Assembly: GCA_965198065.1 (NCBI GenBank)
Contig: CBDAON010000004.1
Coordinates: 1,472,001-1,536,000, forward strand
DNA: 64,000 nucleotides
From: Longimicrobiales bacterium
GTDB taxonomy: Bacteria; Gemmatimonadota; Gemmatimonadetes; Longimicrobiales; Gaopeijiaceae
Direction: 5' to 3'
Under the pieces are notes generated by a model. That model was not told where the DNA came from and ran no database searches. It saw nothing but the letters and a program-made list of their open reading frames with translations. This document shows, in pieces, positions 52,345-63,204 of this stretch (positions are counted from its first letter, which is position 1; each line of letters opens with the position of its first letter). A program made the translations under genes and the position numbers.

Positions 52345-53054
52345 ATGAGCATGGCCCCGCCCCCCCGGCGGGCTTTCTCTTCAGGCCGGATGAACGGCCA
52401 ACCTCAGGTCCCTTCGGACAAACGGGCTTCGGCGCCAGCCTTCTTCTCGACGAGAGAAGCCGCCCCGACTTCCGTGATCTCTACGGCCACTACGCGTCCG
52501 GGGCAGGGTCGCTCCACGCCGCAGTCCGGCGGGTTCGGCTCGGCGGTATCGACCTGAAGGCCAGGGAGGTCGGCCACCTACGAGGTCTTCGGCTGCTGGT
52601 GGGCGAGGTGAACGCACTCGAGCTCTCCACGGAGGCGGATACGCTCGCAGCCGACCCCGAGCGACGAGCGCGCCTCTCGGTCTTGGCGGCGCTTCTCCGG
52701 GACGGCCGCCTCGAGGTTCGCGTCGCACCACTCGCGGGATGGATCCCGGACTTCTCGGTGTTCCTTCCGCCGGACTCGTCGCACACCGCTGAGGTTCCTG
52801 GGTCAGGGGGCTCGTCCACTCCCAGCCCTCATCGACTGAAGGTGCCCACGCTCATGGTCGGGACGCACTGGTTCGAGCGGCCGTTCCCGCACCCGGGCCC
52901 AGCGCTGGGCGTCGTGCTCCACGGAGAGGCGGCCCTCCGGGCGTTCCGACGATTCGACGAGACCTGGCGCGGCGGCCACGACCTGGCCGGACCGATCCAA
53001 GGGATTCTCGGGGACGCACTGGGCCGCGGCATCGTACGGCCGGAGGCGGGTTGA
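52345..53054 (+). CDS. Hypothetical protein (5' end likely frameshifted)
   Basis: Frame open upstream of the 52599 ORF: LLDERSRPDFRDLYG..; WIPDFSVF. Confidence 0.5.
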
Positions 53055-53081
53055 CACTTTCGTCCAGCGCGGGGTATTCAT
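53051..53081 (+). promoter_or_regulatory. Sigma70-type promoter for tRNA-Asn
   Basis: TTGACA-18 nt-TATTCA. Confidence 0.6.
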
Positions 53082-53112
53082 CTCGTGCCATGCGCCGATC
53101 GGCGCACGTCGA

Positions 53113-53185
53113 TCCCGCGTAGCTCAGCTGGTAGAGCAGCCGGCTGTTAACCGGCGGGTCGCAGGTTCGAGTCCTGCCGCGGGAG
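53113..53185 (+). tRNA. tRNA-Asn(GTT), CCA not encoded
   Basis: Acceptor stem TCCCGCG/CGCGGGA, anticodon loop CTGTTAA, T-loop GGTTCGAGTCC. Confidence 0.97.
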
Positions 53186-53506
53186 TGGAACGGGGCAGTC
53201 GATGAGCGCTCTCCAGGCACACGCCTGGGGAGCGTCTTCGTGTGTCCTCGTTTCACGAGGCTCACCGAGATCGATCGAGTCAGAGGACGTCGGCCAGGCT
53301 CAGCTCACCTACGCGACATCCCGCCCCTCAAGCTGCAGCACACTGCCGTACGCGCGAGCTCAAGCGCCGGGCCACGGGCAACCCTCGCGTGCTCCCTTAG
53401 AGATCCCTCGCTAAGTACATACCCTACCTGGACCTTTGTGGCATAGCGCCTGTGCCGGAAGGTCCTCGAGCGCGGAGGCCGAGGTTCCCCCTCCCTCCCT
53501 GGTGCC

Positions 53507-53897
53507 TCAGCTCTTGGAGGGGAGGTCCAGGATGGCTCGCACTCGGGCGCCGAGCTCCTGGGGACTGAACGGCTTATGGAGAAGTGGGGTGTCGGGATCC
53601 AGGAGCCCCTGTCGCAGGAGGTCCTGGTCCGCGTATCCGGACATGAAGAACACCCGAATTCCCGGGCGGAAGCGCGTGACGCTCGCCGCGACCTCGAGGC
53701 CGTTCATGCCGGGCATCATGATGTCGGTGAGAAGGAGGTGGATCCGGCCCTGAAAGTTGCGCGCGAGCCGAAGGGCGTCCCTCTCCGCTCTCGGCCGACA
53801 GGACCGTGTACCCGAATCGCAGAAGCGCCTTGCGTGCCACGGCACGGACCGCCGCATCGTCCTCCACCAGGAGGACGGTCTCCGTTCCGACTGCCAT
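53507..53897 (-). CDS. Stand-alone response-regulator receiver, frameshift at ~53780
   Basis: VLLVEDD; LLLTDIMMPGMNG; FMSGY; KPF. Confidence 0.85.
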
Positions 53898-54062
53898 GGC
53901 GGTTTCCAGCAAACGGGCTCCGGCCGAAGTGGCTCCCACGCGGCCACGCCCGATATTATACCACGGCCTCAGACCCGTCTAGACGAGCGGACCGTTCGTC
54001 AGGCCACTCCGGCGTTGGCGTCCCGGGAGGTCTACCGGTCGCCCGCTCCGGAGGTGTCACGA

Positions 54063-54470
54063 ATGATGCGGTTCCAGAGCGAGGTCAGGGTCCGAAGCTA
54101 CGAGCTCGACTCCCTCGGCCACGTGAACCACGCCGTGTACCTGAACTACTTCGAGCAGGCTCGCTGGGACGCGCTTGAGGCCGGGGGCTACTCGCACACC
54201 GCGCTCACGGACCGGGGCTGGGGGGTGCACGTGGTCCGCATCGAGGTGGGCTTCCGCAGAGAGTGTCGCCAGGGTCAGCGGCTCCACATCCTCACGCGCG
54301 TGGACAAGCTCCGGAGCTCCTCGGTAACCCTCTCGCACGAGCTCCGCCGAGTGGACGACGGACCCGACGCGGATCCGGCCGTCACCGCCAAGGTGGTGCT
54401 CGTCTGGGTGGGGAAGGACGGGCGACCCGTTCGGATTCCGGAAGAGGCACGGTGGGCTCTCGCGGGATGA
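54063..54470 (+). CDS. Acyl-CoA thioesterase (YbgC/FadM family)
   Basis: ELDSLGHVNHAVYLNYFEQAR. Confidence 0.9.
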   Translation: MMRFQSEVRVRSYELDSLGHVNHAVYLNYFEQARWDALEAGGYSHTALTDRGWGVHVVRIEVGFRRECRQGQRLHILTRVDKLRSSSVTLSHELRRVDDGPDADPAVTAKVVLVWVGKDGRPVRIPEEARWALAG

Positions 54471-54522
54471 GTGGGTCCGGCGGCGCCCTCGCGAGCGTGG
54501 CGTGATGCGGCCCGCGGCTCCC

Positions 54523-55470
54523 TTACTCGAGAACGGTCGCACCGATGGGCGTCGTCCACTGCCGGACCCGCCCCCCCTGGATCAGGGTGAGCTCGATCTC
54601 CGTGGCGCCGGCCGCGGCACGGAACAGGTGGATCTCCCCAATCCCGTAGAGCTCCTGGGCGGGACGATCCACGTCCAGGATGCGTTGGTCGGCCCCGTCG
54701 GCTAGTCGGTATCCGATGGAATGGGCGGCCTCGCCGGAGATGCGAATCGTCTCGCCGTGCAGGTCGTAGGCGGCCACGGTATACGTCGCCGACGTGCCGG
54801 GCTCGCCGGGGGAGAGGGGGGGCAGGGCCTCGACGTCCCATCCGCCCGAGAGCGTCCACGTGGCCGCGACTTGGCCGCCCGAGCGGATCTCGAGCGAATA
54901 CATGTCCGTCCAGGCGGCCCCTCCTTCGCTGGAGTCGCGAGCAGGCCTGCACGCACCGCCCACACGAGCCGAGGGAACGCGAACTCACGGGGCCGGCGAT
55001 GCCTCCGGCTGCGACGCCTCCGCTCCAAACGCCGGTCGGGCGCAGAACGACGCGCGATCGACGAGTCGGACGTTTCGTCCGGGCTCCGGCCCCACGTCCT
55101 TCGTGCGGGACAGATGACCCCGCCACTCGGTGTCCAGGACGTTTTCGACGCCCAAGCTGAGTGAGTACGCACGCTCCCCCTCGAACTATCGGAGGTCGAA
55201 ACCCATGTCGATGAGGTGGTACCCATCGATGGCGAGATGCGGTCCTGCTCCGCGCCTCCCTTCGCCTCGACAGTAACGAAAAATGTGACCGTGTCTCGTG
55301 CCGGGCGCGTAGACGACCCGTACAGCGGAGGGATCTGGGGAGGCGGGTCGCCACTGGGCCGGTGCTCGGCGCGCACGTAGCTCGCCGGGGTCTCAAGCAC
55401 CGGTTCGCGACGGGCCTCCACCCCCACCTGCCTGTTGGTACCGCCGCAAGGAACAGGAGGGCGACCGCCC
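54523..55470 (-). CDS. Hypothetical exported protein, frameshifted
   Basis: Protein-like segments in overlapping minus-strand frames. Confidence 0.4.
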
Positions 55471-56502
55471 GGGCGGGGACGGCCAGTGGAACGCGAGTGG
55501 ATCTGGCGGGTGCCTGCATTCCAGCCACACGGTGGCCGTCCGCGCACGAAGCCCTACTCACGATCGCCTGGAACGCTATTGAGAATCGATCCTCATGGCC
55601 ACGACTCTGCACGGCCCGGAGAGTCACGGTTCCGATCGAGCGCCGGGCGCGCCGTCGTTCCCCAATCTGTCGGAAACGACGTGCTGGATCTCGAGCATCC
55701 TAGGTGCGGGGACCGCCCGCCCGGGGACCGGCTTCTGGCCCGCATCCTCGCTCCCGGCGAGGAGGGGTGGCTCGAGGACGGAGGCCCGCCGGAGCTCCGG
55801 GCGGTTCGACTCTGGACGCTCTGGGCCGCCAAGGAGGCGGCCTTCAAGGTGCTAAGCAAGCTGGGCCGCGGGAGGAGCGTCTTTCGACCCGCCCAGATCT
55901 CCTGCGACCTTCAGATCCTCCCCTCGAACGGAGAGCCGTGGGCTCCGGGCGAACGGCCGAACCCAATCGAGAGCCTCGGGCCCCCGCGAGGAGCCGGCTC
56001 GGCTCGGCCACCCCTCCGCATCGTCGGGTCGGCTCTGGGCGACCACGCTGACGAGGAGGTTCGGATCGAGGGGACGTCCGGGGGCTCGTTCGTGCACGTG
56101 GTCGGATGGTGCGAAGAGCCAGCGGGCTCGGGGCGCGGCCGCCTGGAGGTTGGCCTCGAGCAGATTGCCGCCAACGACCCGGCCCCGAAGCTCGAGGCCA
56201 TGCGCCCCCACTTCACCGCGGCGGAATGGGAGGGCGTCAACTCCGTCGCCTCGGCGCGCGTCCGCCTTCTCGCTCGCGCCCGCCTGGAGGCAGAGCTGCG
56301 CAGGGACCCCCCGCCCGTGGGACCCTCGGGCACTACTCCGTGGCCGGTCGAGATCGTGACCCGACGCGTCGGCCCGCGTGGATCGCTCCCACGGGTCCAT
56401 CTCGGAGGACGGGAGCGGCCCGACGTGAGCCTCTCGCTCTCACACCACGGGCGTTACGTCGCCTGGGCGATCCTGTTTACAGCGACGGACGAAACTGCAT
56501 GA
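55435..56502 (+). CDS. 4'-phosphopantetheinyl transferase superfamily protein (true start probably ~55650)
   Basis: VGNDVLDL, WAAKEAAFK, SLSHHG. Confidence 0.8.
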   Translation: MVPPQGTGGRPPGRGRPVEREWIWRVPAFQPHGGRPRTKPYSRSPGTLLRIDPHGHDSARPGESRFRSSAGRAVVPQSVGNDVLDLEHPRCGDRPPGDRLLARILAPGEEGWLEDGGPPELRAVRLWTLWAAKEAAFKVLSKLGRGRSVFRPAQISCDLQILPSNGEPWAPGERPNPIESLGPPRGAGSARPPLRIVGSALGDHADEEVRIEGTSGGSFVHVVGWCEEPAGSGRGRLEVGLEQIAANDPAPKLEAMRPHFTAAEWEGVNSVASARVRLLARARLEAELRRDPPPVGPSGTTPWPVEIVTRRVGPRGSLPRVHLGGRERPDVSLSLSHHGRYVAWAILFTATDETA

Positions 56503-57625
56503 GGAACGAGCCGCCGTACCGCTGGAAGTAGGCCCCGCCGATCTCGGTCTCCGCGCGGGTCCAACCCACGCGAACGGTTCCGGCGAGGTTACGCGCGACG
56601 GCCCGGGACAACGAGACGTAGGCGAGTGAGGCGTTGTCCGCCTCTTCGCCCGGAAGGAGACGGGCGAAGCCCGTGGGGTGCAGGTACTGCTTTCCGGTCA
56701 CGGCACCGTACACCGCCAGGGCTACGCCTCCCGGGAGCGACGTCGAGTAGAGGCCCCGGAGCGTGAAGGCGTCGTACTCGGGCCGGTTCGAGTTGGAGCG
56801 GTTGGCCCGTCCGTCGAGCTCGATCTGGATGACGTGAGGCCCCTCGTAGGTCCACGAAGCGCCTCCGAAATACGTGCGGTCCCTTCGGACCGGATCGGCG
56901 CCGTCGAAGGTGGCCTGCTTTGGGTAGCGGCTCGCCTCCACGGCAGCGAACAGCCGAAGGGTGGTGGCGCCGTTTCCGGGCAGCGTCGCTCCCAGCTCCG
57001 CGCGGAGCCCATCCCGGTCGAGGAGTCGCACCTGCGGGGCAAACCGCGGTGCGAAGTAGTCGCTCCTCGAGCCGCCGGCCCGGAGGTCGTAGAGGACCCT
57101 TCGGGGCCCCAGAACGTCCAGTCCCACGCTGCCCTCGACGGCGCGGTACCCCGGCTGGAGGAAGAGCGGCATGGGCGGCCGGTCCTCCACGTGCCGCCCC
57201 CGGACGCGAGCCCTGAGGTCGAGCGTGGCTCGGCCCCCCAGGGGGTAGCGGTGCCCCGCGTCGAGCGTCCCGACCCATTCCCGGGGCGCGTAGTCCTTCA
57301 ACTCAAATCCCCGAGCTGAGAACTGACGGAGCCCGCCGTCGAACGACACGACGAGGCTCCCGCGTCCCTCGGTGCCGTAGATCACGTCGGTCCGGAGGGC
57401 CACCTCGCCGACCACGGCCGAGGCGAACTCCGTCGAGTCGGTGACGGGGACGCTCACGGCGCGGAGGTTCCCCTGGTAACCCTCGGCCGATGCGCCCGCC
57501 GTCACGACCAGATCGCCCAGGGTGAGCTGCGCGCCGGCCCCGGCGGGCCAGGCGAGGACTACGAGGAGCGAAGCCGCCCGAAGGGCCCCCGGCGCCGGGC
57601 GCGTCCAGATGCTCCGCGCGCTCAT
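56477..57625 (-). CDS. Putative outer-membrane beta-barrel protein
   Basis: Signal peptide AGA-Q; alternating beta strands. Confidence 0.65.
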   Translation of the reverse strand: MSARSIWTRPAPGALRAASLLVVLAWPAGAGAQLTLGDLVVTAGASAEGYQGNLRAVSVPVTDSTEFASAVVGEVALRTDVIYGTEGRGSLVVSFDGGLRQFSARGFELKDYAPREWVGTLDAGHRYPLGGRATLDLRARVRGRHVEDRPPMPLFLQPGYRAVEGSVGLDVLGPRRVLYDLRAGGSRSDYFAPRFAPQVRLLDRDGLRAELGATLPGNGATTLRLFAAVEASRYPKQATFDGADPVRRDRTYFGGASWTYEGPHVIQIELDGRANRSNSNRPEYDAFTLRGLYSTSLPGGVALAVYGAVTGKQYLHPTGFARLLPGEEADNASLAYVSLSRAVARNLAGTVRVGWTRAETEIGGAYFQRYGGSFLMQFRPSL

Positions 57626-58554
57626 CCCGGAGACCCCACGGTCGCGAGCTCGCGGAAGACCTGAGCCTGTGTGCGCGCCCGGTCGCGGTACAGGATCGTC
57701 TGGGCGAACAGAGCCTGGAAGATGCCCAGCTGATCGGGAAGGGAGCGCCCCGCGAGGATCGACGGTGCGGAGCCGTTGGGCTCGGTAGAGGGGAGCCGCG
57801 CGTCCGTCCCCAGCTGGCCGCCGGGCGAGATATCAGAGTCGTACCTCCGGAGGCCCTGGAGAAGGCCCACCGCGTTCTGCATCTGCAGGATCCTCGCCTC
57901 GACGAGCGCGATCTCTCCCTCGATCCACGTGATGACCACGTCGTACTGAGACGCCCGCTCCTCCATAAACGCGGCCTTGAAGCTCAGGTCGCTAGGCGTG
58001 TCGCGGGGAGTCACGGTGAGTTCGGGCGCAGGCCGGAGGGCGATCTGCTCCTCGATCTGCGAGCCGGCGGCCTCGAGCTGGTCGGCGCGCTCCCCGTTCT
58101 GATCCCATTCGGCGAGGAGTTGCGCCCGGCGCTCGGGATTCGTCTCGAGCTCCAGAGCGGACAGGATCTCCACGTCCCGTGCATCCAGAACCGCGAGGAG
58201 CGTTCGGCGCGCTGCCTCCAGGCCCACCGCAGCCGCATCCGCCTGGGTTTGGGCGTCCATCGCCTGGACCGCCAGCGTGGTGAAGCGCGCCAGGGCGCCC
58301 TCGTACGCCGGCGTGCCCCGGGATGCCTCTACTTGGTCCAGCGAGATCTCGTATGCCTCGAACGCACTCCGGTATTCCCCGAGCCGCTGATCAAGGACGG
58401 CCTGGGCATTCTGGCGCTGCTCCTCGGCCTGGGCGACGGTGATCTGGGCCGAGCCGGGCCGGGCGGTGACGGCGAGGGCCATTACCAGGAGACCGAACGA
58501 GAGGCCCAAAGCGGGCCGGGATCGGCCCCAGCGGGACCGGCGACCGCAGCTCAT
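57622..58554 (-). CDS. Secreted coiled-coil hypothetical protein
   Basis: Signal peptide; helical; ATGA-coupled in operon. Confidence 0.7.
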   Translation of the reverse strand: MSCGRRSRWGRSRPALGLSFGLLVMALAVTARPGSAQITVAQAEEQRQNAQAVLDQRLGEYRSAFEAYEISLDQVEASRGTPAYEGALARFTTLAVQAMDAQTQADAAAVGLEAARRTLLAVLDARDVEILSALELETNPERRAQLLAEWDQNGERADQLEAAGSQIEEQIALRPAPELTVTPRDTPSDLSFKAAFMEERASQYDVVITWIEGEIALVEARILQMQNAVGLLQGLRRYDSDISPGGQLGTDARLPSTEPNGSAPSILAGRSLPDQLGIFQALFAQTILYRDRARTQAQVFRELATVGSPG

Positions 58555-59960
58555 GCTCCGATCCCGTACTTTTCCAGCTTGTAGTAGAGAGCGCTCGGCT
58601 TCAGGCCGAGGAGACGGGCCGCCTCCGCCTTCACCCCTCCGGCCTGATCGAGCGCATGCCTGAGGAGCCGCTCCTCCATCCTCTCCACGATCCGGTTCAG
58701 GTCCATGCCGTCGGTGGTGAGGACCGGCCCCGCGTCTCCCTCGTCGCTCGATTCACCTCCATCGAACGCGGGCAGGTCGTCCGGCTCGAGGGTCTCCCCA
58801 TCCGCGAGGACGAGGGCCCGCTCGAGCACGTTCTCGAGCTCGCGGACGTTCCCGGGCCAGGCATAGGCGGCCAGCTTCTCGAGGGTCCGCGGGTCGACTC
58901 CCCGCACGGGCGAACGCGTGCGGTCACGCAGCTTCTCGACAAAGTGCGCGACCAGGACGGGGATGTCGTCCCGTCGCTCGCGCAGAGGGGGCAGCGTGAT
59001 CGGGACGACGTGAAGGCGATAGAACAGGTCCTCCCGAAAGCCGTTCCCCTGGAGGAGCTGTTCGCGCGGCTGGTTGGTGGCCGCGATGATGCGCACGTCG
59101 ACGGGGATCGTTTCCTCGCCCCCGACCCGCTCGAGCTCGCGCTCCTGCAGGACGCGGAGGAGGCGAACCTGGGTCTGCGGCGCCACGCTCGCGATCTCGT
59201 CCAGGAAGAGGGTCCCTCCGTTGGCCAGCTCGAAGCGGCCGCGCCGCCGCCGCTCGGCACCCGTGAACGCTCCCTTTTCGTGTCCGAACAGCTCCGAGTC
59301 GAGGAGGCTCTCCGAGAGCGCGCCGCAGTTCACTCGGACGAACGCGCCTTCGCCCCTGGACGACCCCGCGTGAATCGCACGGGCGAGGAGCTCCTTCCCC
59401 GTGCCGGACTCCCCGTAGATCATGACCGTGGATTCGCTGCGGGCCACGCGGTCGATCCAGCGGTACACCTCCTCCATGGCCTCGGACTGCCCGATGATGG
59501 CACCGTACCTAGGCTCGAGCTCCCGGTCCAGCCCCTCTTTCAGGTAGGTGTTCTCCACCCGGAGCGACCGGTTCTCCATGTGGAGGCGGCGCCGCTCTTC
59601 CATCGTCTGCACGAGCCGGTCCACCTTCACGCCGAACTCCTCGGGGGAAAAAGGCTTCGTTATGAAGTCCACGGCCCCGAGCTTCATCGCGTCCACCGCC
59701 TTCTCGATCGTCCCGTAGCCGGTAATGACCAAGACCTCGGTGTGCGGGTAACGCTCCCGGACGGAGCGAAGTACCTCCATCCCGTCCATCTTGGCCATCT
59801 TGAGGTCGGTGATGACGAGATCGGCTCCACCCTCCTCGAGGAGCTCCATGCCTCGGGCGCCGCTCTCGGCCGCGAGCGTCCGGTGGCCCCTGCGGCGGAG
59901 GAGTAGCTCGAGCCCCTCCCGCATGGAGTCGTGGTCGTCGATGATGACAATCTGTGCCAT
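58551..59960 (-). CDS. Sigma54-dependent response regulator (NtrC family)
   Basis: Receiver, GESGTGKE, ELFGHEKGAFTGA, FLDEI, WPGNVRELEN, Fis-type HTH. Confidence 0.95.
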   Translation of the reverse strand: MAQIVIIDDHDSMREGLELLLRRRGHRTLAAESGARGMELLEEGGADLVITDLKMAKMDGMEVLRSVRERYPHTEVLVITGYGTIEKAVDAMKLGAVDFITKPFSPEEFGVKVDRLVQTMEERRRLHMENRSLRVENTYLKEGLDRELEPRYGAIIGQSEAMEEVYRWIDRVARSESTVMIYGESGTGKELLARAIHAGSSRGEGAFVRVNCGALSESLLDSELFGHEKGAFTGAERRRRGRFELANGGTLFLDEIASVAPQTQVRLLRVLQERELERVGGEETIPVDVRIIAATNQPREQLLQGNGFREDLFYRLHVVPITLPPLRERRDDIPVLVAHFVEKLRDRTRSPVRGVDPRTLEKLAAYAWPGNVRELENVLERALVLADGETLEPDDLPAFDGGESSDEGDAGPVLTTDGMDLNRIVERMEERLLRHALDQAGGVKAEAARLLGLKPSALYYKLEKYGIGA

Positions 59961-60006
59961 GGTCCGCGTCGGATGCACCGGATAGGGGATCAGGGCCGAC
60001 GGTTGG

Positions 60007-61527
60007 CTAGATCTCGGAGTCCTCGGAGTCTCGGGCGGGCAGATCCTCCGATCCCTGGAAATATATGCGGAACTCGGCGCCCCTCCCAACGGGAACCACC
60101 GGGTCGTCGGGCTCCCGCTCCTCCTTTGGGGGCATGAGGACCACTCTCGCGCCGTTCGTCTCCAGCACTCGCTTCACGATGGCGAGCCCCAGCCCAGCGC
60201 CCTGCTCCTTGTCCGAGACGAAGGGCTCGAAGATGCGCTCCACGAAGTGGGGCGCGACCCCGGGCCCGTCGTCCCGAACCGACACGATGGCCTCCCCGCG
60301 CCGGAGCCAGGCGTCCAGCCAGACGTTAGTCCCGGCCTGGGCCGCGTTCTGGAGCAGGTTCAGGACGGACCGTTTCACGTGATCCAGATCGGCCCTCGCA
60401 AGGAGCGGCCTGTCAGGGAGCCGCACCGTGAGCGCTCCCCCGCGCTCCCGGAGCTGGGGCTCGAACAGCTCGACCGCAGCCCTAAGGGGCTCGCGCACGT
60501 CGTGGAGTCGGGGCTCGGGGTGGAGCGGTCGCGCGAACGTAAGGAACTCGTCGATGATGCCGTTCAGCGCCTCCACCTCCGCCTGAACCCGGTGGAAGAG
60601 CCGCTGACGCTCCTCCGGATCCTCGCTCTTCTCGAAGGCGGCCGAGGCGAAGAGCTCGAGGCCTCCGAGCGGGTTTCGGATCTCGTGGGCCACCTGCGCG
60701 AGCATGAGGCGGAGCTGCTCGTCCCGCTGGACGATGCCGACCCGCATGCGTTCCATGGCCCGGGATAGGCGGCCCAGCTCGTCTCGCCGTTCGTCCGCCA
60801 CGCTCTCGTCCCAGCGTCCTCTCTGGATCCGCAGCGCGGCGCGGGAGAGACGCTCGAGCGGGCGAACGATCCCGGTGGCCAGGGAGGCCGCGAGCACCCC
60901 GAACAGAAGGGCCGCACCCGCGGATCCGAGAACGAGCGTCCGCCTGAACTCGGCGAGGGACGAGAGGTAGTCCGCCTGCATGAGGACGACCAGCATGGCG
61001 TCGCTGGGTCGCCGCACGAAGGCGCCCGCCGAGGAGTCGGCCGGCACATCGATGTCCAGACGCTTGAAGCCGTACTTGTACGAGCGCGCGTCCTCCCCCT
61101 CGAACAGCGGCGTTACCGCGTCGCCCTCGCTCCACGCCACGTCCAGCTCCGCGGGATACGCGTCCAGCCAGCGGACCGGGCTTCCGATCGGCGCGGCCTC
61201 GGGGGGATCGGTGCTGACGAGGAGGGAAAGCGACTGGAGGTCGCGTCGAACGACGTGCGCCGCGTCCACGTACGGGAGGAGCGCTAGCAGCCGCTCACGC
61301 CACGGGTCGTAGATGAAGGGGCGGTCCTCGTCGCCGGGCCGGAGCGCCAGCATGAACTCGGCGTCCAGCCCCACTTCGGCCGCGGCGCCCGCCACCCAGA
61401 CCAGCTTCTCGTCCAGCTCCCGTTCGATCGCGCGGCTGGCGAGCGTCCACGCTGACCACCCTCCCGCCACGGTGATCAGGAGGGAGCATCCGACGAGGAG
61501 GAGAATGTACTTCCGTCGTAGGCTCAT
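60007..61527 (-). CDS. HAMP sensor histidine kinase
   Basis: Two TMs, HAMP, AHEIRNPL, NLLQNA, DDGPG, GAGLGL. Confidence 0.95.
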   Translation of the reverse strand: MSLRRKYILLLVGCSLLITVAGGWSAWTLASRAIERELDEKLVWVAGAAAEVGLDAEFMLALRPGDEDRPFIYDPWRERLLALLPYVDAAHVVRRDLQSLSLLVSTDPPEAAPIGSPVRWLDAYPAELDVAWSEGDAVTPLFEGEDARSYKYGFKRLDIDVPADSSAGAFVRRPSDAMLVVLMQADYLSSLAEFRRTLVLGSAGAALLFGVLAASLATGIVRPLERLSRAALRIQRGRWDESVADERRDELGRLSRAMERMRVGIVQRDEQLRLMLAQVAHEIRNPLGGLELFASAAFEKSEDPEERQRLFHRVQAEVEALNGIIDEFLTFARPLHPEPRLHDVREPLRAAVELFEPQLRERGGALTVRLPDRPLLARADLDHVKRSVLNLLQNAAQAGTNVWLDAWLRRGEAIVSVRDDGPGVAPHFVERIFEPFVSDKEQGAGLGLAIVKRVLETNGARVVLMPPKEEREPDDPVVPVGRGAEFRIYFQGSEDLPARDSEDSEI

Positions 61528-61575
61528 GCGCGGGGGCGCACCGAGCCGCGGGGACCGACGCTCACGCCTCGGACC

Positions 61576-62643
61576 TCACGCGCCACATGGGATGCGCTCG
61601 ATCTGGGGCGGCGTGAACTCCACGGGGATGGGGACCGCCGGCACCACCACGAGATGGAACGGGTGAGTCCGCTTGGCCGCGGGCGAGCAGAAGTTCCCGG
61701 GGAGGTGCTCGACGAGCTCGACCCTCGTAAACGTGCCGATCCCGAGCACCCGCCGGATCCCCACTACATCCCCGGCTTCCTCGCGCTCCCCGACGGCGGC
61801 CAGGAGCACGTATTCGGTGTTCCACTCCACCTGTGGAAGCGGCGCGTTCGTCCCGGCGTGGCTCTCCCAGAACTGGCGAAACTCGGAAGGCGCCTGCCCG
61901 TCCTGCGACACGAACTCCCGCGAACCGGACGGGAGGGCCGCCGAGTGCTCGCCCTGGTCGAGCGTGCCGAACGGAATCGTCGACGTATAGGTGGACTCCG
62001 CTCCCTCGCCCAGCGTGAAGAAGCGCGCGAGCTGCGCGGCCGTGACCACGCGCGCCGCCTGGGGATCGGGTCCGGCGGCGCCGGGGGCGATGGCGTTGTC
62101 CGGGTGGAGCAGCGAACCCTCGGCACACCGGACCCACCGGCTAGTCTCCCCCCGGATCTCGTCGCGGATCGTGAACATGACCCGGGTAGGCAGCTCTCCG
62201 GCGGCGGGTTCGCAGTCTGGCAGCAGATCCTGTGAGGCCGCTCCCCCGAAAAGTCGATGCCCCGGAGCCTCGCTCAGCTGCTGGACGAAGGAAGCGTACT
62301 CGGCCACGAGCTCACCGGGGTTCAGGCGGCTCCGTCGGATCGTTTCGCTCCCCTGGATGCCGCGGTAGCTCAGGCGCTCCGCCAGGACCCAGGCGCCCCC
62401 GGACTGCCACCGGAGGCTCTCCGTCAGGGCCCCACGGTCGTCGTTCAGGCGAGAGGTGACGTCGACCTGGATGTATCCGACCTCACCAAATAGGGTGGGC
62501 CCGAGCACCGTGGTTTTACCGTCGCATCCGAATAGGACCGCGACCATGCCGAGCCGTCCGAGCCACGCCCCTGATCGTCCGCGGCGTGACCTCGCCTTGA
62601 CGCGGCGTCGCGTGCTCGGAACTTGATGGGGATGGATCACCAC
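61576..62643 (-). CDS. Lipoprotein with a PrcB-like C-terminal domain (start uncertain)
   Basis: VLFGC lipobox; LPQVEW..AAVGER..THPFHLVVVP. Confidence 0.6.
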   Translation of the reverse strand: MVIHPHQVPSTRRRVKARSRRGRSGAWLGRLGMVAVLFGCDGKTTVLGPTLFGEVGYIQVDVTSRLNDDRGALTESLRWQSGGAWVLAERLSYRGIQGSETIRRSRLNPGELVAEYASFVQQLSEAPGHRLFGGAASQDLLPDCEPAAGELPTRVMFTIRDEIRGETSRWVRCAEGSLLHPDNAIAPGAAGPDPQAARVVTAAQLARFFTLGEGAESTYTSTIPFGTLDQGEHSAALPSGSREFVSQDGQAPSEFRQFWESHAGTNAPLPQVEWNTEYVLLAAVGEREEAGDVVGIRRVLGIGTFTRVELVEHLPGNFCSPAAKRTHPFHLVVVPAVPIPVEFTPPQIERIPCGA

Positions 62644-63186
62644 GTCCGCCTCCGCTCCCTTCTGGTCGAGCGTTCATTGGCGATCGGAGACTTTACCCTC
62701 TCGAGCGGCGCCCGTTCGTCATACTACATCGATGGCCGCCTCACGACGATGTCGGCCGAGGGTCAGTTCCTGGTCGGCACGGTGGGATTCGAGGCGATGC
62801 GCAAGCACTGGCCGGACGCCCGCTGGCTCGGAGGACTGACGCTGGGCGCCGATCCTATAGCGTACGCGGTTGCGCACCGGAGCTGGCTCGAGGGTGCGCC
62901 CCTGGGCGCATTCACTGTCCGTAAGGCGGGAAAGGAGCACGGCGCAGGACGTCGGATTGAAGGGGGTCCTCCCCCGGGGGCGAGGGTCGTGATTGTCGAA
63001 GACACGCTCACCTCCGGTGCCAGCTCTCTCTCAGCCGCCGAGGCGGTAGAAGCGGAGGCTGGGGTTATTGTGGGCGTCCTAGCGCTCGTGGATCGCGGGG
63101 CGGGAGGTGCCGAACGGGTCCGGGCAGCGGGTCACACGCTCGTCTCGCTTTTTACTGCTCAGGAGCTACTCGCCACTGCCGGTTAG
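62632..63186 (+). CDS. pyrE: Orotate phosphoribosyltransferase
   Basis: GDFTLSSG..YYID, VRK..KEHG, IVEDTLTSGAS. Confidence 0.95.
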   Translation: MDHHVRLRSLLVERSLAIGDFTLSSGARSSYYIDGRLTTMSAEGQFLVGTVGFEAMRKHWPDARWLGGLTLGADPIAYAVAHRSWLEGAPLGAFTVRKAGKEHGAGRRIEGGPPPGARVVIVEDTLTSGASSLSAAEAVEAEAGVIVGVLALVDRGAGGAERVRAAGHTLVSLFTAQELLATAG

Positions 63187-63204
63187 AGCTCGTCGCCAGG
63201 TTAC

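Noticed and set aside
53200..53480. Possible ncRNA or att site downstream of tRNA-Asn
   Set aside because: No recognisable fold and no tRNA 3' duplication found
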